Source: Callorhinchus milii
Lineage: Eukaryota
DNA length: 64,000 nucleotides
Direction: 5' to 3'
NCBI RefSeq assembly: GCF_018977255.1
Contig: NW_024704743.1
Location: forward strand, 7,380,001-7,444,000
Part shown: piece after piece, positions 23,091 to 35,884 of the stretch
How positions within the stretch are numbered: position 1 is the stretch's first letter
Layout of the letters: each line of letters starts with the position of its first letter
Program-made: the position numbers and the translations under genes
Notes under the pieces: model-generated
Databases searched by the model: none
What the model was told of the DNA's origin: nothing
The model's input: the letters and a program-made list of their open reading frames with translations, nothing else

Positions 23091-25644
23091 CTTTCATTTC
23101 CTTCAATAATTCTTTCAAAAAAAATTGGTCACTTCAATCCACTGCTGTGCACAATTGGCTGCTGTGTTTCGCACATAAAATATACAGTCAATTCACTTTA
23201 CAGTATATTCTGTGAAGCGCTTTGAGACATCTCGAAGATGTGATAAGGCGTTATATCAAATACAAGGATTATAATATTAGCACCATTCACGTCAGGAAAA
23301 CATCTCAAAGCACTTTCACCGGATTGACTGTAAAATGGAGTGCCTGTTTCTTTGTGGGCGAACGTGGCAACCAATTTCCACATAGCAACGTCCCACACGC
23401 AACCATGAAGTGAAAGACCAATTTTAATGGATGATTTCACGGAGTGTAAAACCAGGTCACAGAGCAGCTGTGTAAAAAAACAAGACCTGAGCCAAGTCTT
23501 TCAACTAATGAACTGGATCCAGAAAAAAAGAATGAGCCAAACGTAACTGTAATTACAACATGACTCACTTCCATCAGAAAGTTCCAGGAATTGTTTTGTG
23601 CTATTGTGTAAATCACAAGACTGTTTCCTTGGTCTAATGTTGAAAAAAGTCACTTGAGAAAGCGGTAAAATAATTTGCGGATAATCTTGTAAAAGTATAT
23701 ATTTTCACTTCAGTTTTTGTTAAAAGTAAGCAATTACCAGTTGGTTACCTATTTGCTTTAGCACTCAATCTCTCACCCCTCTCCCTCTCTCTCTGTGTAA
23801 GACTTGCCAAAACCTTCTGCTTAGATGGTGCTTATGGCCACCTTCCCCTCCCCCTCTCCCTTGCTCAGTGTCCAACTCTGTCCCTGTAACGCACTCCAAG
23901 ACTTTACTCTATGTGACAGACACTATATAAATTGAAGTTGTTGTTGTTGTTATTTAAGTATTGTGTAACTAACAGTTAATAGTTCTCCATTGATTCACAC
24001 ACAGGTTATCAGTTTCCCAAATTTCCAGCATGTTCGGTGGTTGGTACAATCCTCAGCCTCACAATCCCGAGACAAGTCAGGAAAACATTTGCTCTTATCA
24101 CGTTCATGCCACATACAGACAGACAGACATGTACACACACAGCTATGTTCCACCCAGAGTGACTGTACAGGAGTGGAAAAGGCCGTCTAACTATGTTACA
24201 AATGAAAAAGAATAAACATTTAAATCATAAATAATCCTACAATTCTCTGAAGGGATATAAAAGTGTTCAAGAAGCCAAAGCACAGAGTGAATTATGTAGA
24301 ATTTACACAGAATTATAAAGAATCTACAGCATCGAAACAGGCCATTCAGCCCATTAGTCATTGCTGATGTTTATACTCTACATGAGCCTCCACCCATCTT
24401 AATCCCCCGCCTTACACCCCCACTCCCATACACGTCTAATTCCTGCTCTCTGATTCATACACTATATTAGTGCAAGTTATTGTTTTTGAATTCTTTCAAA
24501 TCCCTAAATTTACTTTGTCACCAAATAGTTATTGAATTCTTTCTTGAATTTACTGACATAATCTGCCTCCGTCGCCTCCCTGGTTTGTTTGTTCCTAAGG
24601 ACCACTTGGGTCATTTTATTATTCACAAAATAAATCCCCAGGCAATTTCATTTTGGAGGTGGAGGTATTATGCCTTTTATAATTGGGAGAAAAGCATTGA
24701 AAAAAATACTAACACTAAAAAACTTCAAATTTGGTGAAAATCTGAATTTATTTTGGAGTACCCTGAAACCAACAAGGCTGGCTCTGTCCAAGCTCATGGA
24801 AAGCCACTTAAAATAAATAATAAACCGTGCGTTTGATATAGAGCCTCATTACAGCATCAAAATGTCTCAAAGCGCTTCACATTTTTACTGTGAAGTGTAG
24901 TGCCTCTGCATTTGTAGGGAAAATGCATCCAATATGCACACAGCAATGGCCCACACACAGCCGTGAAGTGAGTGATCAATTTTGTCAAGGGGGATTGTTG
25001 ACCACGAGACCAGGAGAAACTCGCTTCCTTTTTCAAATGGTGACAAAGGATCTTTAATGTTCACTTGAAATGGCAGATGGGACCTGGATTTAATGTCTCT
25101 TTTAAAGAATGGCACCTCAAAAAATGCAGGACGGCCCCCCACCAAGAACCGGAGAGTCAGACTCAAAGGCCCTGACTTGGGGCGTGAACCCGCAGACCTT
25201 CTGAGAGTGAACCGAGCCAGGCTGACGTCATTCCCCAATCCCCATGAGAAATTGGTTCCGACAAGCACATGTGGAACCAGTGGTCTAGTGCAGGGCACAG
25301 CACCAACAACACAACAACAACAAGATTACATTTATATAGCGCCTTTCACATCAGGAGGACGTCCAGCGACTCTTGAGCTGTATGGATCTCTCTAAAGCTC
25401 TTTACAGTGGATTGTCACATATCTGCTCTTGATCCAGATGTGTAATAGTGGAAATGAGATGTTGGCAAGAAAAAAATGACTTGAGCAAATGCTGACGAGG
25501 ATCCCAGGATATGCAATGTACATGTGTAATGTGACTTGTGAACCAATAATGGGGAGTTACATGTACAGTACAGAGAGAGAGAAAGAGCCTTTTGGCTGCT
25601 GAAGGCCAGACTCCCTATTTGAGAAAGGTCCGAGGTTCCACATC

Positions 25645-26467
25645 CAGCGTGGGCTGGCTGGAGGCCCGCGGGCCACAGCCGGCCCAGCGAGACCATTTCC
25701 AACATTCCAGCAATCTGTCAAGAAAGAAAGTGGGTCTTATACCAACCGTATCCTTAGCAGCTTAGTCCTGCCATTGCAGATAGTGACCCCTGCAGCTGAT
25801 TGAGAGAAAGAGGGATTGAGAGAGGGATTGAGAGAGGGAGAAAAGAGAATGGAGAGGAGGGACAGAGAGGGGGAGGGGGAAATTCTCTTTCCTTCTCTCC
25901 CCTTTCCTCTCACTCTCTCACAAACACACACTCTCAATTTCTCTCACTCTACTTCTCATACTTCTTTCTTCCCTCTCACACTCCACCTCTGCCCTCTCAA
26001 CCACTCTTCCCCCCTCTCCTCTCTCACACCCTCTCACAATTACTCGCTCTCACTCCCCTCTCTCCCACACACTCTCTATCCCCTCTCAAACTCACTCTCA
26101 GTCTCCCTCTCTCAATCACCCCCTCTCTGTTTCTCTCCCCTTCTCTCTCACGTTCACTCCCTCCCCCCTCACACTCTCTCTCCCTCCCCCATTCAGCCGC
26201 ACAGGTCACTATCTGCAATGACAGGACTAAGTTGCTAAGGACACAGTTGGTAAGAGACGCACTTGCCTTCCTGATAGACTGCAACAAAGGCCGGTATTAT
26301 TTCCACTCTCTGCACTGCATCATCCCAACTGCCAGCTCCTGCCGCTGCCCCTAGGAGGACATTCACCAAGGAGGGAGGGAGCAGAAGTTGGAATGTTGGA
26401 AATGGTCTTGGGGCGGTATAAAATCGTCGACCAGGCCGGATGTGGCCTGCGATGTTGGACTACGATG
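25645..26467. mobile_element. hAT/Charlie-like non-autonomous DNA transposon (foldback)
   Basis: Subterminal ggcccgcgggccacagccggccc (left) versus ggccggatgtggcctgcg (right, inverted), resembling MER58-type ends; inner inverted repeats at about 25689-25711/26387-26409 and 25740-25802/26190-26252. Confidence 0.6.
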
Positions 26468-26592
26468 CCTTAGACAAACATATCTGTTTAACACTATTTA
26501 CAGAATCTTATTTCTACATCGTTTCTACATCATCTTCCATCCCCACAGTCAAACTACAGGTAGTTCAGTGACGCTGTACATGACAAGGTCAT

Positions 26593-26814
26593 GCTTCCTT
26601 GCTTCCTCCCTTTCCTCCTTCAAGGCCGGTCTCAAGACCTTTCTCTTTGACCGTGCCTTCAGCTCCCCTCTCGACTCTCTACTCCCTCCTCGCTCCCTCC
26701 CTTCCCTCCCCCTGACCATTTCCCCCTTGCTCGGGTCCTGACCCAACTGTACAGCGCCTTGGGACGTCCTCCCGACGTGAAAGGCGCTCAATAAATGGAA
26801 TCTTGTTGTTGTTG
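26593..26814 (+). mobile_element. Young L2 3' end
   Basis: ccttcaaggccggtctcaagacctttctctttgaccgtgcc...gggacgtcctcccgacgtgaaaggcgctc..ttgttgttgttg; nearly identical to the 33798, 44516 and 46000 copies. Confidence 0.85.
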
Positions 26815-29689
26815 TCAGCCAGGGTATGAATAAGGAGCTCGCTTTTGGTGAAATGGAGACTGGTACCTGCTCACCAACAATGTTCAGTCACTATACAGAG
26901 CTTACAATAGTACTAAGATACTCATTTAAACGTTTGGAGCAAATGACGATAAGTTTAAATGAGAGATGGAGGTAAATGGGTTCTGCTTCCAAAGTCACCA
27001 GATAGTCTGCCCCACTCCTCACACTGACCGAATTGGAATAAATATTTTTGATCAGATAAACGTAGTCAGAGTTAAACAATGGTGGTCCTCCCAATGTGAA
27101 AGGAGCTTTACTAATGTAATTTTTGTTTGTTTATTGTTTGTCTTCAACTGACTTCTGTAATCACCTCCATTCATTTATTTACAGTCCGATTTGTATTCTA
27201 CTCAGACTTCATCACAGCAGATTGATTCATGTTGTACAGTATGGACTTTTGTCCTGGAATTTGGGTAGTTTGAGATTTTACATTTAGTAGGTGAAGTAGA
27301 GTCTTTGATCTCCACCCACAGTCACAGAGTTACTACACATTATACAAAATCTGGCAGTAGTTTTGAGATGATTCAACACACTCAACTTTTTATATTTAAT
27401 GCAAGAATTATTATTTTAAGACTGTCAGAATGTAGATGCAAGTAAGTGCGGCTGCAGTTAAATAGAGTCCTGGGGTAGAGCAGATGCATAGAATTATAGT
27501 TTGAGTTTTGATGTTTCTTTTTTTGATAATAACATTTTAAAATCATCCCAGGTTGATCTGTTCAATACTGAACCTTGGCTCAGAAAGTTTTAGATTTGAA
27601 TCGCTGTGGGCTCACTCAGTCCTTCACCCTTTCTTTCAACCTTCTTAAAGTGAGAATCAAATGAGTGTCCTGAGCAGAGGGAGGTTTCCTGGGGGTTGAA
27701 CTAGTTCTAAAGATTTACAGAGCCAGACAGTTCCACAGTAAAGACGCATCGGTGAGTCTTGGCAGAACAGATACGCCCTTGAGTCTGCTGGTCATAACTC
27801 TAACAGGGTGGTCCTGGGACCTGTACCAGAAAAGTTACCAATCTTTGTGCAAGTTCCATAGGAATAGTCCAGTGCATTTATATAACACATCGTATTTATA
27901 TAGCCCCTTTCACAGCGGGAGGATATCCCGAGTTGCTGGTAGTATATATAGAAGCATCTTATCCTTCATAGCTTTGGTTTGGAACATTCGTCTTTTACAA
28001 TTTGTGCATTATATTGCAAATTAAATACACGTTTAAACCACTGGACAGAGCTAAATAGTAGACTGAACGCTTCAGTGTATATCATGATGAGGCAGTGTTT
28101 AGTCCAAATCAGCAAAGTAAAGATTATAGACTTTTGAATCTGTCCACATTAACAGCACATTAACAGCAAACCTTAAACGTAAGTGAAAGTCAGTCAAGCA
28201 CTGATATGTAACGTCTTCCCATATCAAAGGACCCATGCTGAATTTGAGTGTTGATCCTAGTTATAACAAACTGTTAGCTTATTGTAAACTGTCTGTAATC
28301 ATACTCGCCAACTCCTCAACAAAACTGTGGAGGCCTTGTAGACAGAATGGGGGTGGGGGGAATGACGCCTAACATGTTACGACTGATCAGTCAGTGCCGA
28401 AAAGCAGAGCCTTCCATTGGCCTCACACACTGAGACGCTGTCAGACAGCCACCAAACTACTTGTTTATAATTAAGAATACTGGAATCCTCAGAGCACTTA
28501 GACTCACAGACACTTCATCATTTTGGAATCCTTATTTGGATCCTTATTTGGATCCTGCTCATGTCTGTCATTGTTCGAGACAAACTCCAGTGAACCTGAT
28601 TTAGAACCTCGTCCTCATCCATACTGAGATGATAATAATAATAATTCTTGTGTTTGGTCTGATCAAACTGTATGTTTTTTTCAGCACTATAGCTTTGTCA
28701 CTGTCAATGTAGTTATCTCAACCAAATAACAACAACAACTTGAATTTGTATAGCAACATGGGATCGTGTCTCAACAATGTTTTATCCGAAAACTGCCATC
28801 TCCGACAGTGCAATGCTCCCCCAGTACTGCATTGGGATTACACCATGGACAATGAGCTCAAAACCCTCAAAATGCTTCCCAGTTATTTGCTTTCAAGTGT
28901 AGTGACTGTATCAACAAACATTTTGCACAAGCAAGATCTCACTAGCAGTTATGAGGTGAATGATTAATTTCAAAGGAGGATTATTACCCAAAATAAACTT
29001 TCTTCTTTTTTCAAATAGTGTCATGGGATGTTTAACAACAATAACAAATATTTGCATTTATATATCCTTCACATGAATAGCTACTTGTAGTTTAATGTCT
29101 ACAATAACAGCAATTTACATTTGTATAATCTTTTTAAAGCAGGGAGGATGTTTTAAAGTTTTAAAGTATTTCACAGAACTGAAGATAAATTTGCATTCAT
29201 GTCAGATAACATCTCAGAGCTCTTCACAAGAACATACTTTGGACCCTGAGCAAGCGAGAAGAGGGAGTGACCATGACCAGGGTCAAAGACATATGTTTTA
29301 AGCAATCAGACCAACATATTCAGTTTAAGAACTCCTCCAAAGATTGGTACCTCCAACATGCAGCACTCCTCCAGTACTGGAGTGCTACCCTTGGTTATGA
29401 GCTCAAAATCCCAATTGATGTACTTGAACCCATTACCTTCAGCCCTCAAAGCACGAGAGCTACTAATTGAATCAAACTGACATGTGATTTGCCAAAGGAG
29501 TTTTAAATACCAATTCCTGTAGGGAACCGGATGCATCTGACTGGGATTCTATTCTGACTTCTGGATTGTGGCTAATGTAGGCTCCTGGTGCTTATAATCA
29601 GACAATCAGCATCTAAAAAGAGTTCCAGCTATTTATAATAATAATATGAATCCCTTGCATTTGATAAAGTACGTTTCATGGTGGGATGA

Positions 29690-31270
29690 CAGCAACAACA
29701 ACAACAAAATTACATTTGTAAAGCACTTTTCACGTCGGGAGGATGCCCCAGGGTGCTGGACAGACAGAGTTACATACCTGAGCTGGGGGTTAGGGTGGAG
29801 GGCAAGGGGGGAAGCAGGGTGATCGAAACCACAGATGAATAGGAGGGGCTTGAGGTGGGTTTTGAAGGTGGGGAGGGAGGGTATGAGATGGAAGGACTGC
29901 GGAATGGAGTTCCAGAGGGTGGGCGCAGAGTGGCGGAAGGCCAGCCCGCCGATAGTGGGCCAAGCAAGGCGGTGGACATGAAGCAGGCCGGAGCCCGCTG
30001 AGTGGAGGGAGTGGACAGGGTGCTAGGGGGTTAGGAGGTTGCAAAGTTACAGGGGAGCAAGACCGTGGAGGGCTTTGAAGTTGAGGACCAGGATCTTGAA
30101 CTGTATCCTCCATGTAATGGGAAGCCAGTGGAGTCAGGTGAGGATGGGGTTGATAAGATCATGGAGCCTAGTGGGGGAGAGGATGCAGAGTTCTGGATGA
30201 TCTGCAGCCTATGGAGGGAGGAGTTGGGGAGGCCGACAAGCAATGAGTTTGCATAGTCAAGCCTCGATGTAATGAAAGCGTGTATGAGGGTTTCGGCAGC
30301 CTGTGGTGTGAGACAGTGTCGGAGCCGGGCGAAGTTGCGGAGATGGGGGAAGGTAGAGCGGGTCATGGCACAGGTGTGGGGTAGAAAGGATAGTTGAGGG
30401 TCAAACAAGACACCAAGGTCCAACAGGCATTCTGTCAAGACAGCAGTGGTCCTGGAATCAAGAGTTGAGGCAGAGAGGCACAGTTGGGTGTCATCCGCAT
30501 ACATCTGCGGGTGATGTCACCAAGAAAGAACATATATATCTTGAGGAGGGGACCAAGGACAGAGCCCTGAGGAACGCCACAGAGCCGGTGCGGGGGTTAG
30601 AGGAGAAGCTGTTTGTGGAAATGAAGTGCAGGCATTGTGAGAGGTACGATCTGAACCAGCCAAGGACACAGCCGTGAAGGTTGAGGTGAGAAGAGAGGTG
30701 GTGGATGAGGATAGAGTGGTCGACAGTGTTGAAAGCAGCAGAGAGGTCAAGGAGAACAAGGAGGCAGAGGGAACCCTAGTCGCAGCTGGACAGAATCTCA
30801 TTTGTCACTTTGACCAGGGCTGTTTTTGTGCTGTGGGTGCCATGGAAACACGATTGGAGGGGTTCGAGAAGGGAGTGGTGGGAGAGGAAGGAACGAAACT
30901 GAAAAGCAACAACTCGTTCCAGGGCCTTGGAGAGGAAAGGAAGGTTGGAGATGGGGCAGTAGTTTGGGAGTAGAGAAGGGTCCAGGGCGGGTTTTTTAAG
31001 GATAGGAGTGATGACAGCAGTTTTTAATGGGGTGGGAACAGTACCAGAAGACAGGAACAGGTTTATGATGTCAGTGATTAGAGGAGCAAGGAAGTGGAGC
31101 TGGGAGGTAAGGAGAGGGGTAGGGATGGGGTTGAAAGAGCAGGTGGTAGGTTTCATGAAGGTTATGGTGGTGATGAGAGAGGAGGGGGAGACAGGTTCAA
31201 AGGCGCGGAGGGAGGGATGGGTAGGGGCCAGGGAGGGAGAAGGAGATGGGGAGGGGGTAGCAGATGCAGA
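29690..31270 (-). mobile_element. 5'-truncated L2 LINE (about 1.6 kb, RT domain to tail, disrupted)
   Basis: - strand ORF pieces [60 protein letters not shown] and LIHAFITSRLDYAN; (GTT)n tail at about 29693-29706. Confidence 0.92.
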
Positions 31271-31912
31271 TAACATCGCAAAGTGCTTCACATGATTTAC
31301 TGTAAAGAGAAGTGACTGTATTTTGTAGACGGACACCGTAGCCAATTTGCACACAATGTCCCACAAACAGCCATGAAGTGAATAATCAATTTCATTATGG
31401 GGGTTGTTGGCCAGAACACCAGGAGATATTCTCTTTGATTCAGCTATACCATAATATCTACCCAAACCTTGTTAAAAGTATGGTCTTTCAATAAGGTCTA
31501 TCAATCCTTCAGAGTAAAGATTTTCTTTTGTTTATAATAATAATAATCCCAAATAATAAACCTTGCATTTGATATAGCGCCTTATCATGTCTTCAAGACG
31601 TCTCAAAGTGCTTCACAGAATATACTGTAAAGTGAATTGACTGTATATTTTGTGGGGAAAACGCGGCAGTCTTGTCAGTCTTAGCCTTAAGATCATTTCC
31701 TTAAAATTGAAGACAGTGCACAATTGTGGAAAGTTTGTAAATTCAGTCTTACTTTGGAATGCAGTTTTCCACAGTTCTTTTTAAGAATTGCAGAAATCCA
31801 CCTTTCAAATTAAGACCGAAAGGAAGAATTTTCAATTATTCTGCATCTCAGATATCTTGCAATTTAATGCTAAAACCATGACAAATTTTAAGTCTCAAAA
31901 TGTCCAATGCTG

Positions 31913-32267
31913 CACGAATAGTGTCAATAGGTCAGTTTCTTAAACACAGGACTATGTTCATACAGCATTGGAACTCAATCCTCCTATATAGCGATTGAAG
32001 ACAATTAAGTTGAAAGAAGCATTCAGTTACATCCAGCTCAATGCAGGCAGTCAAGCTACTGAGCCTGGTTCAACCAATAAACCACTGCAACTCCAGAGAA
32101 TACAATACAGATTTGCCCAGTTTCTCATTGTAGCTAAGATGAGCTGGATGTAACTGAACGCTTCTTTCAACTTAATTGTCTTCAATCGCTATATAGGAGG
32201 ATTGAGTTCCAATGCTATATGAACATAGTCCTGTGTTTAAGAAACTGACCTATTGACACTATTCGTG
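31913..32267. repeat. 128-bp inverted repeat with 99-bp spacer
   Basis: 31913-32040 is the reverse complement of 32140-32267 with 2 transition mismatches. Confidence 0.95.
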
Positions 32268-32595
32268 GAGTCCTGTAGCTCAGTGGTTAGAGCACTCGCT
32301 TTGCAAGTGAGAGACCTGAGTTCAATTCCAGGCAGAGGGCGAAACCTTGGGCAAGTTTCCTTACTCCACACAGAGCCTAATAATAATCCCTCCAAAAAAA
32401 AAACAATAATTAAATTGGTCATTTTCAATCTACGACTGTTTGTGGGACATTGCTGTGCGCAATTGGCTGCCGCGTTCGCCCACAAATATACAGTCAATTC
32501 ACTTTACAGTGTGTTCTGTGAAGCGCTTTGGGACGTCCTCCCGACGTGAAAAGCGCTATATCAAATGCAAGGATTATTATTATTTATTATTATTT
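32265..32595 (+). mobile_element. Young full-length tRNA/Deu SINE (followed by a short L2 tail to about 32655)
   Basis: Intact head, core and tail gggacgtcctcccgacgtgaaaagcgctatatcaaatgcaaggattattatt; nearly identical to 52543-52865 (-). Confidence 0.92.
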
Positions 32596-33797
32596 GGGAC
32601 ATCCTCCCGATTTGAAAGGTGCTATACAAATGTAATCTTGTTGTTGTTATTGTTGAAAGATTCTTCATCCCAGATATTAACCTGATGAAATGTGGCAGAA
32701 TGTTCTCCAAAGTTAGAATATTCCTCCGAAGATTGGGTTTCCAAAACAATACACCAAGTGAGATGTGACCAGTGATCTACAAAACTGCAGCAGCAATTCT
32801 TTGCTTCTATATTGCAGACCTCTTGTCATAAAGCCCAAGAACCATTAGCCTTTTTAATTGCTTTCTGCATTTGCAAACTAATGTGATGAATTTGACCCGC
32901 TCTTGTGGCTCTCTGTGTTTTCACGTTACCCCAAGGTGCTTTGGAACATTGTGGCCCTGTCAGCAAGTCTCCCGAGCACAGCTCCACTGTACAATGCTGA
33001 GCTTGGGATGTTTGGTGTGACTGTATGACTCCAGTATCTGTATCACTTCCAAAGGGTCAGGGAGCACATATTGCGTACACTGCAGTCCCTAATAAATACT
33101 TTTCCATTTGGCTTGGATTTTTTATGAATTATAGCCACCCTAGCTGGAACATAATATCTTAAAACGCAGTACTTGTCCTTGCTGACAGATTATCTTGGAT
33201 CTGAAATCCTTTGTTTGCAAGACACTGTTAATCTAGAAACACGTTTCTGTGAAGGGAATGTGGTAATTTTCAGACAGATGGTGTTTACTTCAAACAAAAT
33301 GCTCAATGCTAAGCTACAACCTCTGATATTTAGTCAAGTCGTTTTTGTTTTTCTTCTGGTCACTCATTTTTTTCTTTTAATTTAGATAATCCTTGGAGGA
33401 CCAGTGAAGGGAAGATGATCTGAAACTTATTTTAAGGCCCATGATGTGAACTACTTTGTCGCATTCTTGTAAAGCCATACTGTGTTTAAAAAGCATTTTC
33501 CTTTTATACCTTCTCACCCTCCATTAGGGTTACCATTTCTGATGCTTTGAGTGCAAATTGGGTAATGAATATCAAGCGAATTGATATCTTTTCTTTCTCT
33601 GAAATGCAATACCTATTGGTTGAAAGCTGAAATTTGCAGGACCCAAGAAAGGGGTTACTGAGCGACCATTTAATAAGTGCAGGCACAATATAGTGTGTTG
33701 CATTCTGAGTGTGTAGCGCCCAGTATGTACAATATTGTGTGGTAATAATGATAATAATAATCCTTGCATTTGTTATAGCGCTTTTCACATCTTCTAG

Positions 33798-34240
33798 ACA
33801 ACAACAACAACAAGATTCCATTTATAGAGCGTCTTTCACGTCGGGAGGACGTCCCAAGGCGCTGTACAGTTGGGTCAGGACCCGAGCCAGGGGGAAATGG
33901 TCACGGTGAGGGGAGGGAAGGGAGGGAGCGAGGAGGGGGTAGAGAGTCGAGAGGGGAGCTGAAGGCACGGACAAAGAGAAAGGTCTTGAGACCGGCCTTG
34001 AAGGAGGAAAGGGAGGAAGCAAGGCGAAGGCACTGGGGGTTGGAGTTCCAGAGCCTGGGGGCTGAGAGGCTGAAGGCCCGGCCACTGACGGTAGGGCGGT
34101 TGGGGTGGGGGCTGTGGAGCAGACCGGAGCCAGAGGAACGGAGGGTACGGGAAGGTAAGTAGGGGGATAGTAGGTCAGAGAGGTAGGAGGGAGCAAGGCC
34201 GTGAATGGCCTTGTAGGTGAGGTTGAGGATCTTGAATTCG
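33798..34240 (-). mobile_element. Young L2 3' fragment inserted into a - strand SINE (SINE halves about 33743-33797 and 34241-34415)
   Basis: L2 tail aacaacaacaagattccatttatagagcg..; the SINE sequence resumes gacgtctcaaagcgcttcacag at about 34240. Confidence 0.85.
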
Positions 34241-35253
34241 ACGTCTCAAAGCGCTTCACAGAATATGCTGTAAAGTGAATTGACTGTATATTTGTGGGCA
34301 AAACGCGGCAGCCAATTGCGCACAGCAGTGTCCCACAAACAGTTGTCGATTGAAAATGACCAATTTATTATTTTGGTGGGTTTATTTTGGAGGGATTATT
34401 ATTATTATTATTGTTAGGTCATCAGTTTGCAGGGTACATTGTGATATGTTGTTAGTTTTGAATTCTTCAAGGTGAAGCAGTTCCTGTAAATGAACTCACT
34501 CTTTCCATTGTCCTCTATGGTACAGAACTCTATCCTCCACTGCCTTTGCAGAGCTTATTACGCAAGCACTTGCAGTAACCTACTTGCAATGATATGCTAA
34601 TAAATAGTCTATTGAAAAGACAGATGTGATGTAGACCAGCCGTTGTCAGACTAAAGTAACTACTACTGTAATCCCAATTGCAGTAAGAACCAGAATTATA
34701 TTGATAGGCCGAATGGCTTGCTCCTTTGGCTTTTGTACTGACCTAAAATTATAGAGGACGACATTTACATTAAAGTAGATTAGCAAACAAGGAGCTTGTC
34801 GAGAGGTTAAACTACACTTTCAGTGAATCAGACCCTTACTTTGTGCTCTCAGCTCAATTGAATAACAAGTAATTTCTTGCAGATTCAGAGTCTCTGCCAC
34901 ACTGATAGATGTTGAACAATCAGCTGATTAATCTAAGATGTAAAGAATACTCAATTCTTGATTTTTGCCATCTAAGTAACAACTGTGTCTCATGATCTCC
35001 TGGCCTCTTGCTCCATCAGACTTATTACCAGCAAGAGCTGGAAAGTTATGTTATCTTTTACTAGTTGTACCCGTTACAGCTACGCTTGCAACCAGTTTCA
35101 GTTAATCGGCCTTCTCTCTTTCGTCTGGCATTTTAATTTTAATTTGAAAAGCTTGATCTTTGCTTCTTAGGCATCTTTATCCCTCAAGATTAAGACAATG
35201 TGCTGTTGAACTCGTTGGTATCCCTTCTTCACATATTTGCACACATATCCTTT

Positions 35254-35466
35254 TGGGAGGACTCCTGTGGTAGGACTTCTGTGCAAGGACTCAGTGTGAG
35301 GCTTCAGTGGGAGGACTCCTGGTTGGGAGGACTCCTGTGAGAGAACTCCTGTTGGGAGGACTCCTGTGGTAGGACTTCTGTGCGAGGACTCCTGTTGGGA
35401 GGACTCTTGTTGGGAGGAATTGTGTTGGGAGACTCTTGTTGGGAGGAATTGTGTTGGGAGGACTCC
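35254..35466. repeat. Degenerate 14-15-bp minisatellite (TGGGAGGACTCCTGT)
   Basis: About 14 variant units, with a higher-order repeat of ggaggactcctgtggtaggacttctgtgc. Confidence 0.85.
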
Positions 35467-35884
35467 TTGCTAGAGTCCATACATGTGTGATGAGCTTGTT
35501 TAGGTCACGATAGGAGATCCCTGGAAAAAAAATATGCATATGACACTCCCCCATGCAAGACCTTGCCAATGAGGTATAAATTATGTCTCTAGGTCAGTCG
35601 GTTTCATCTTTATTAGTGTGGATGTATCTCTCTAGAAGAAGGTGTGACCCCTGTTGCTCTTTGTGACCTTATGTAGAATATAATAGTCATTGCATTTTAA
35701 TATGGAACCTTATCACGTTGTTGAGAAGTCTCAAAGGGCTTCACAGGATATACTGTGAAGTGAATTGACTCTACATTTTGTGGGTGAGTATTCTGTGGGT
35801 ATATTTTGTACATGATTAATACCATTTTTTAAAAATAATTTTAGTGTGTCCAATTCTTTTCTAATTGTTCTCTTCAGTGATATA

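Noticed and set aside
25800..26354. 184-aa and 140-aa ORFs
   Set aside because: Translation of a GA/CT low-complexity tract.
30776..31465. 229-aa ORF, the longest in the window
   Set aside because: Chimeric read-through from a SINE into a disrupted L2 ORF2; not a host gene.
32268..32340. tRNA-Ala(TGC)-like sequence (also at 5453, about 11840, 52790 and 59040)
   Set aside because: D, anticodon and T arms are recognisable, but there is no acceptor stem and it is fused to a SINE core and tail; these are SINE heads, not tRNA genes.
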